Assembly (NCBI GenBank): GCA_965222115.1 | Contig: CBDCTJ010000007.1 | Location: forward strand, 1,696,001 to 1,760,000 | Origin: Planctomycetota bacterium | GTDB taxonomy: Bacteria; Planctomycetota; PLA2; JAEUHO01 | Reading direction: 5' to 3' | DNA length: 64,000 nucleotides | Shown: one piece after another, positions 58,785-64,000 of the stretch | Layout of the letters: each line of letters starts with the position of its first letter | How positions within the stretch are numbered: position 1 is the first letter of the stretch | Made by a program: the position numbers and the translations under genes | Notes under the pieces: generated by a model | What the model was told of the DNA's origin: nothing | What the model saw: only the letters and a program-made list of their open reading frames with translations | Database searches by the model: none

Positions 58785-61100
58785 ATGTCGATCTCGCGCG
58801 CCCTCACGCTCGTTTTCTTAGCTTCCGTCACCGCTGTTGGTGTGGCCATTGCCCCGAATGCCATGGCCAATGGCATTCTAATTTCGTCTCGTCCGGGTAT
58901 GACGCCACCGCATGTGATTCGTCCCCCGCATCGGCACATTCGGCGACCCAGGCCGCTCGTCACGCTGGAAGAACACAAGGTAAGCGCCACCATCGATGGG
59001 CGTGTCGCCAGCGTTACAGTCGAGCAAGTGTTTCGCAATCACAGTGGGCGTCAACTGGAAGGGACGTATCTCTTTCCGCTTCCCAAAGGTGCGTCGGTCA
59101 GTCAGTGGTCAATGACCATGTTCGGCAAGATGGTTCACGGCGAAATCATGGAGGCCAAGAAGGCGCGTCAAATCTATCAAGACATTGTGTCGCGTCGCCG
59201 CGATCCCGGGTTGCTCGAGTACATGGGTCGCGGGCTGTTCCGTGCGCGCGTGTTTCCGATTGAGCCTCACAAGACCACCACCATTCGTTTGACATTCCAG
59301 CAAGTGCTCACCGAAGACGCGGGCACGATGGAGTTTCGCTATCCGCTTGCTACGGACAAAATGAACGCAACGCCTGTAAAGAGCGTCGTCGTCAACATGA
59401 ATGTGCAGAGCGACGTTCCCCTTACGGCGATTTATAGCCCGAGCCACAATATCGACGTCAAGAAGGACGGTGACAAGAAGGCGGTGGTGAGCTACGAGCG
59501 CGGCGGTCGCAAACAAGCGCGCGACCTCGTCGTCTACTTCACCAAGAGTTCCGATGCGGTTGGCTTCTCAATGCAGAGCACCAAGGGCGTGGGCACCGAT
59601 GGCACGTTTATGGCCGTGCTTGCTCCCAAGACCGAAGTCGCGGTGGGCGATCTCGTACCCAAGGACGTTGTCTACGTGCTGGACACGAGCGGTTCCATGG
59701 CCGGCAAGAAGATCGAGCAGGCGCAGGCAGCCCTCGCATACGGCGTATCGTTGCTGCGTCCCGAAGATCGATTCAATGTGATGACGTTTTCCGTAGAAGC
59801 GCGTCCGTGGGTGGATGCACTCCAGCCGGCCAACAAGGAGACCAAGACGGCGGCCACCCAGTGGATTCGCGAGCAGCGCGCAGCCGGCGGAACCAATATC
59901 GACGACGCACTATCCAAAGCGCTTGCGCTGCGCAGCGGAGATCGCCTGTTCATGGTGGTGTTCATCACCGACGGTCGTCCCACGGTAGGTGAGGTGCGAA
60001 CCGACGCGCTCGTGAAGAAGGTCAAGTCGCAGAACAATGCCAACACACGTGTATTCACCTTTGGCGTGGGCCACGACTTGGATGTGGCGCTACTTGACAA
60101 GATCGCCGAGGCAACCCGCGCCGCGCGCGACTACGTTCAGCCGGGTGAAGACATTGAGGTGGTGACGGGGCGTTTCTTCCGCAAGGTCGAACAACCTGTG
60201 CTTACCAACGTGCGCATCGACTTCGGTAGTGACACGCGCGATGTATATCCCAAGACCATGCCCGACTTCTTCGCCGGGAGCCAGTTGACCGTCTTCGGGC
60301 GCTACACCAAGCCCGGCGCGCGGACGGTGCGCGTGCGCGGAAAGATCGGCAATCGTGAAGTCACCTACGAGTATCAGACCGAGCTCAAGGCCGATGGCAA
60401 GCGCGGTAAGTATCTTCCTCGCCTCTGGGCACATCGCAAAGTTGCGTACATGCTCGACGAGATTCGCCTAAACGGTGAGAACAAGGAACTCGTGAATGAG
60501 ATTGTGCGGCTCGCGAAGAAGCACGCGATTGTTACGCCGTACACCGCAGGACTTGTCGTAGAAGAAAGCGAACTCGGCGTACTTCGCGACGACCGCCGTC
60601 GCCAGGCAGACGCCGGCTCTCCGATGGATCGTCCCACTACGGGCGCCGGTGGTTTCCGTGGTGGTGGACTACCCGCACCGGCCGCCTCGCCGAACTCTCC
60701 GGGCAGTACTTCGGCTCCGGCTGGATCGAAGGCCAAGGACAGCAAGCGCATCGATCGTCTCCGCAAGTCGGCGGCGGAAGAAGTGGATGAAGAAGCCGGT
60801 GATGATCAGGATGGTCTGCGCAGCGTGCGCGAACGTGTTCGCCATGCGGCCGGCAAGTCGTTCACCCTCGAATCCCGCGGTCGTATGAACAATCAGCAGT
60901 TCGTCTGGATCGATTCGGCCTACAAACAGGGCACGTGGCCCAAGGATCACAAGCCCACCAAGATCGTGTCTTTCTCCAAGGCCTACTTCGACCTCGTCGC
61001 CAAGAGCGAAGACATCGCCAAGATCCTCGCCGTCGGCGAGCGCATCGTGTTCGTCTTCGACGGCGTCGTCTACGAAGTCGCCCCCGCCCAAACCAAGTAA
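58785..61100 (+). CDS. Secreted VIT + von Willebrand A domain protein
   Basis: VEQVFRN...LEGTYLFPLP...RDPGLLE (VIT); MIDAS DTSGSM, GGTN, ITDG; GGAG RBS; signal peptide. Confidence 0.92.
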   Translation: MSISRALTLVFLASVTAVGVAIAPNAMANGILISSRPGMTPPHVIRPPHRHIRRPRPLVTLEEHKVSATIDGRVASVTVEQVFRNHSGRQLEGTYLFPLPKGASVSQWSMTMFGKMVHGEIMEAKKARQIYQDIVSRRRDPGLLEYMGRGLFRARVFPIEPHKTTTIRLTFQQVLTEDAGTMEFRYPLATDKMNATPVKSVVVNMNVQSDVPLTAIYSPSHNIDVKKDGDKKAVVSYERGGRKQARDLVVYFTKSSDAVGFSMQSTKGVGTDGTFMAVLAPKTEVAVGDLVPKDVVYVLDTSGSMAGKKIEQAQAALAYGVSLLRPEDRFNVMTFSVEARPWVDALQPANKETKTAATQWIREQRAAGGTNIDDALSKALALRSGDRLFMVVFITDGRPTVGEVRTDALVKKVKSQNNANTRVFTFGVGHDLDVALLDKIAEATRAARDYVQPGEDIEVVTGRFFRKVEQPVLTNVRIDFGSDTRDVYPKTMPDFFAGSQLTVFGRYTKPGARTVRVRGKIGNREVTYEYQTELKADGKRGKYLPRLWAHRKVAYMLDEIRLNGENKELVNEIVRLAKKHAIVTPYTAGLVVEESELGVLRDDRRRQADAGSPMDRPTTGAGGFRGGGLPAPAASPNSPGSTSAPAGSKAKDSKRIDRLRKSAAEEVDEEAGDDQDGLRSVRERVRHAAGKSFTLESRGRMNNQQFVWIDSAYKQGTWPKDHKPTKIVSFSKAYFDLVAKSEDIAKILAVGERIVFVFDGVVYEVAPAQTK

Positions 61101-61111
61101 CCCAACCCCTC

Positions 61112-61309
61112 ATGCGCCACAAAAGCCTGGCTTTTGTGGCGCATCGCCATGCTCGGGTGTGCGCCAGAAATACCAGGTATTGTTGGCTCGCGCCGCATAG
61201 GGCTGTCGCCAGAAATACCAGGTATTGTTGGCTCGCGCCGCATAGGGCTGTTACTTCGCTTTTTGCCTTTCGAACACGTGCGCCACAGATACCAGGTATC
61301 TTTGGCGCA
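61112..61309. repeat. Cluster of four related ~31-33-bp palindromes centred on CCWGG, including an exact 45-bp tandem duplication
   Basis: 61112-61144 is a perfect ATGCGCCACAAAAGCC-T-GGCTTTTGTGGCGCAT. 61162-61206 equals 61207-61251. 61279-61309 is TGCGCCACAGATACC-A-GGTATCTTTGGCGCA. Confidence 0.88.
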
Positions 61310-64000
61310 TGGGTGTTCGCTTGCTGGTTTGGGGTTGCTTGGTGGCGCTGGTCGTGGGGACGCTCTATGTTTCGTTGCGATCGAGCCATGAGCGGGGAAC
61401 GAGAGTGCCGGAGCAGCGCACCAGCGACGAAGCGCCTGGTCTTGCTCCGCCCCTGAACGAGGCTATTGACGGTTCTCGGAAGAGTAAGCGGGACGGGGCG
61501 TCAATCAGCGCGGTCGTGGTGCATGGGTCGGTCGTTGATGCCAAGACTGGCGCGCCCGTTGAAGGTGCGGCAATCACGTTTGCTCGTATTGCTACATCAA
61601 TTCGTGGCAGCATTCGGTTGGTGCCGCTCAAGGTGCGCTTGCGAACCGACGCGAAGGGGACCTTTGTATGCCGCTCGCTCTCGCCGGGTAGGTGGGCTTG
61701 TGTTGTGTGGCATTCCGACTATCTCGCCCCGGGACTCTCCGCCTGGCTCGACGGCAACAGCATTGCGGCGGCACTGACGAGCGCGACTGTCAAGATCGAA
61801 CCCGATGCGACTGGCGAGGTTCATAAGACAATCAGGTTGAGTAGGGGAACTACGTACAGCGGGAGAGTGGTTGACGAAGTCAACAACCCTGTAGCGGGAG
61901 TACCCCTCGAAATCTCATTGCCGCCCGCGTTTATAATGCGACTCGGTTCACGCGCTGCGTCGCGGCTGCAAGAGATGATGTCGTTGGTTCCAATTCGAAC
62001 GAATGCCGAAGGTAGATTCTCAATGGCCTGTATTCCGTCGGCACTCAAGCGTGCGCGCATCGCCGCAAGCGTGGATGGCAGCGCCTGCAAGTACGTGGTA
62101 CTCGATGCTTCAGCTCCCATTGTGCTTCGTGCGTTGCCGTGCGCCGCAGTTTCTGGTACGGCAACATTCGCCGATGGACGTCCTGCTGTGGGTGCTATCG
62201 TTCGCATCAACGATTTTGGCGGATCGCCCTTGGGGAATTGGCTCTATGCACCGCCTGAAGACGCGCTTGTCAATGCGGAAGGCGAGTTTGAACTCAAAGG
62301 TATTCCACCTGCTTCCTGCTTCGTGCGGGCCGATTGGGACATTGACTCGCCCGACTACGATGCCACGGCGACGGAAGTCGCAGATCTCCAACCTTCCGAA
62401 GTCAGGACCGATGTACGCGTGATCGCGGATCCTCGACCCAGGACGGCGATGATCACCGTAAACGGTACCGACGGAGAGCCAGCGCCGAATGTGACGCTCG
62501 CGATTCGTCCGGTTGATATGCGTACGGCGGACATCGACGACTTGGATTGGTACAACACCGACGCTGACGGTGATGTCGAGTTTACGTTTGCCAAAGACGG
62601 GCGCGTCGACATCTTGCAGTACGCCCACGGCGAACTTCATGTGCTGCAGAAAGATGTTGACGTCACGGACGAGCCGATTGTGCTAACGAGCGCCGTAGAG
62701 CCGAAGCGGATTGAAATCCGTGTGCAATCCACGTCTGGAGAACCTGCACGGCGATTTGTGGTGAAAGTACGAGGGAGGGAAACTCTGTCGGCCCTCAGTC
62801 TTGCGCGATTTCGGGCAGAGAGCTCAAGCATTCGCGTTGAGACCTATGACACGGCTCCCTACATCATTTGGGTGAGCTGGGCGGAGACCGGTGAAACCCG
62901 TCCAGTACGTCTAGAGGGTAAGCGAGTAGAGATTTCGGAGGCCGAATCGCAGTCTCCAGTCGAGTTTCGGCTGGCTCCTAAACCGGTCGAAGTCTCTGGG
63001 GAGAATCACACATGCCTCTTTGTTGACGCCTCGGGAAAGCGCGTTGAGGGCGTGCGCCTGTGGAAACTAACTATGAAGGGACAGCTCGATCAGACTCGTG
63101 TACTTCGCACCGAAGTCACGCCGCGATCTGATGGCCATTTCGAGATGCCGTCACTCGATGAAGACGAGGATCATGCGGGATACGCAGTGGAAGTGCCTGC
63201 GGGATACGCCCCGGTTGTCGGTGGGGGTCGCCTACCTACGCGAGTAGAACTAATTGAAGCTGAGCGCATTGCAGGGAGGGTCATTGTTCCGCCGGGTATT
63301 GAGCTTCCGCCTGACTTTTCGCTGTACGTGTCCTGGGCTCACGAGTCAGAAGATCCGGACGAAATGGCGAGTGGAATGCCTGTCCCGATTCAATCGGATC
63401 ACTCCTTTGACGTGCATCACGTGCCGCCGGATCGCGAGCTTACGCTGAGATTGTTTGGAAAGAATGGCAGCAAGGTTGGACTGCAGTCGTTTCGTCTTGA
63501 CGGCATTCATGCCGGGACCACGAACCTGCAAGTACGGCTTGAAGCGGGTGGGATTATCCGAGGGAGCATAGAATTCGATGGCGAATCCGTTGACTACATG
63601 TTGGCCGCCACGCCACTTCAGAATGACTTGCCACCCACGTTTGTTCGGAGGAGTCGAAGCGTTCCAACATTTGAGTTGAAAGGACTGGGAGACGGACCTT
63701 ATGAGGTCACCGTATACGCGGTAGGCCCCTGGATCTCGGTTCTAGATCGCAAGGTAGCTGGACCAGGCGACGAGATTGTATTTCGCGTCGGCCCCCTAGG
63801 GGCCGTACGAATCGATGCTGGTGACGTGGAGCACGCTAGTATCACCGCTTGGAAGGCACGATCCCTGCTTCGAGTTAGCGGTCCGATCTACGTGAAGGGC
63901 ATCGATGCCACTGGCCCGATTGTCTCGAATCTTTCGCTCGCGCGTCGCTACGACATCGTTGCGGAAGATGGAGATCGTGTTGCCTATCATCCTGACGTGC
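61309..64000 (+). CDS. Carboxypeptidase-regulatory-like repeat protein, 5' part (runs off the window end; absent from the ORF track)
   Basis: Manual translation MGVRLLVWGCLVALVVGTLYVSL...VHGSVVDAKTGAPVEGA...TDAKGTF...YSGRVVDEVNNPVAG...TNAEGRF; no in-frame stop seen to 64000. Confidence 0.8.
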   Translation, partial: MGVRLLVWGCLVALVVGTLYVSLRSSHERGTRVPEQRTSDEAPGLAPPLNEAIDGSRKSKRDGASISAVVVHGSVVDAKTGAPVEGAAITFARIATSIRGSIRLVPLKVRLRTDAKGTFVCRSLSPGRWACVVWHSDYLAPGLSAWLDGNSIAAALTSATVKIEPDATGEVHKTIRLSRGTTYSGRVVDEVNNPVAGVPLEISLPPAFIMRLGSRAASRLQEMMSLVPIRTNAEGRFSMACIPSALKRARIAASVDGSACKYVVLDASAPIVLRALPCAAVSGTATFADGRPAVGAIVRINDFGGSPLGNWLYAPPEDALVNAEGEFELKGIPPASCFVRADWDIDSPDYDATATEVADLQPSEVRTDVRVIADPRPRTAMITVNGTDGEPAPNVTLAIRPVDMRTADIDDLDWYNTDADGDVEFTFAKDGRVDILQYAHGELHVLQKDVDVTDEPIVLTSAVEPKRIEIRVQSTSGEPARRFVVKVRGRETLSALSLARFRAESSSIRVETYDTAPYIIWVSWAETGETRPVRLEGKRVEISEAESQSPVEFRLAPKPVEVSGENHTCLFVDASGKRVEGVRLWKLTMKGQLDQTRVLRTEVTPRSDGHFEMPSLDEDEDHAGYAVEVPAGYAPVVGGGRLPTRVELIEAERIAGRVIVPPGIELPPDFSLYVSWAHESEDPDEMASGMPVPIQSDHSFDVHHVPPDRELTLRLFGKNGSKVGLQSFRLDGIHAGTTNLQVRLEAGGIIRGSIEFDGESVDYMLAATPLQNDLPPTFVRRSRSVPTFELKGLGDGPYEVTVYAVGPWISVLDRKVAGPGDEIVFRVGPLGAVRIDAGDVEHASITAWKARSLLRVSGPIYVKGIDATGPIVSNLSLARRYDIVAEDGDRVAYHPDV

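Noticed and set aside
61112-61309. Possible CRISPR array
   Set aside because: Units are not identical, the intervening sequences are short, irregular and partly duplicated, and no cas genes are in the window.

Overview
A 64-kb, GC-rich bacterial window. The gene repertoire (Ser/Thr kinases, DUF2330, prenyltransferase-repeat, VIT-vWA, carboxypeptidase-regulatory-like and Gly-rich Ig-like lipoproteins) suggests Planctomycetota; this is an inference. Housekeeping genes are gatCAB, rlmN, clpX, clpP, tig, rho, a stand-alone fusA and larE. Four accessory elements stand out. (1) A ~9-kb cassette splits the normally contiguous tig-clpP-clpX operon. It is bounded by a 20-bp imperfect direct repeat and encodes an FHA-kinase, an active kinase-TM-ankyrin protein and a convergent pseudokinase-TM-ankyrin protein, a candidate undescribed kinase/pseudokinase receptor module. 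(2) Three tandem ~955-aa lipoproteins have conserved poly-Gly scaffolds carrying four variable loops, reminiscent of phage gp38 adhesins. (3) A block of secreted-protein genes at 19.2-25.2 kb is punctuated by a dispersed repeat element. (4) A DUF4011 helicase-nuclease resembles the Hhe defence gene. A cluster of CCWGG-centred palindromes lies at 61.1-61.3 kb. No rRNA, tRNA, CRISPR array, integrase or transposase was recognised. All domain calls come from reading motifs by eye, not from database searches.
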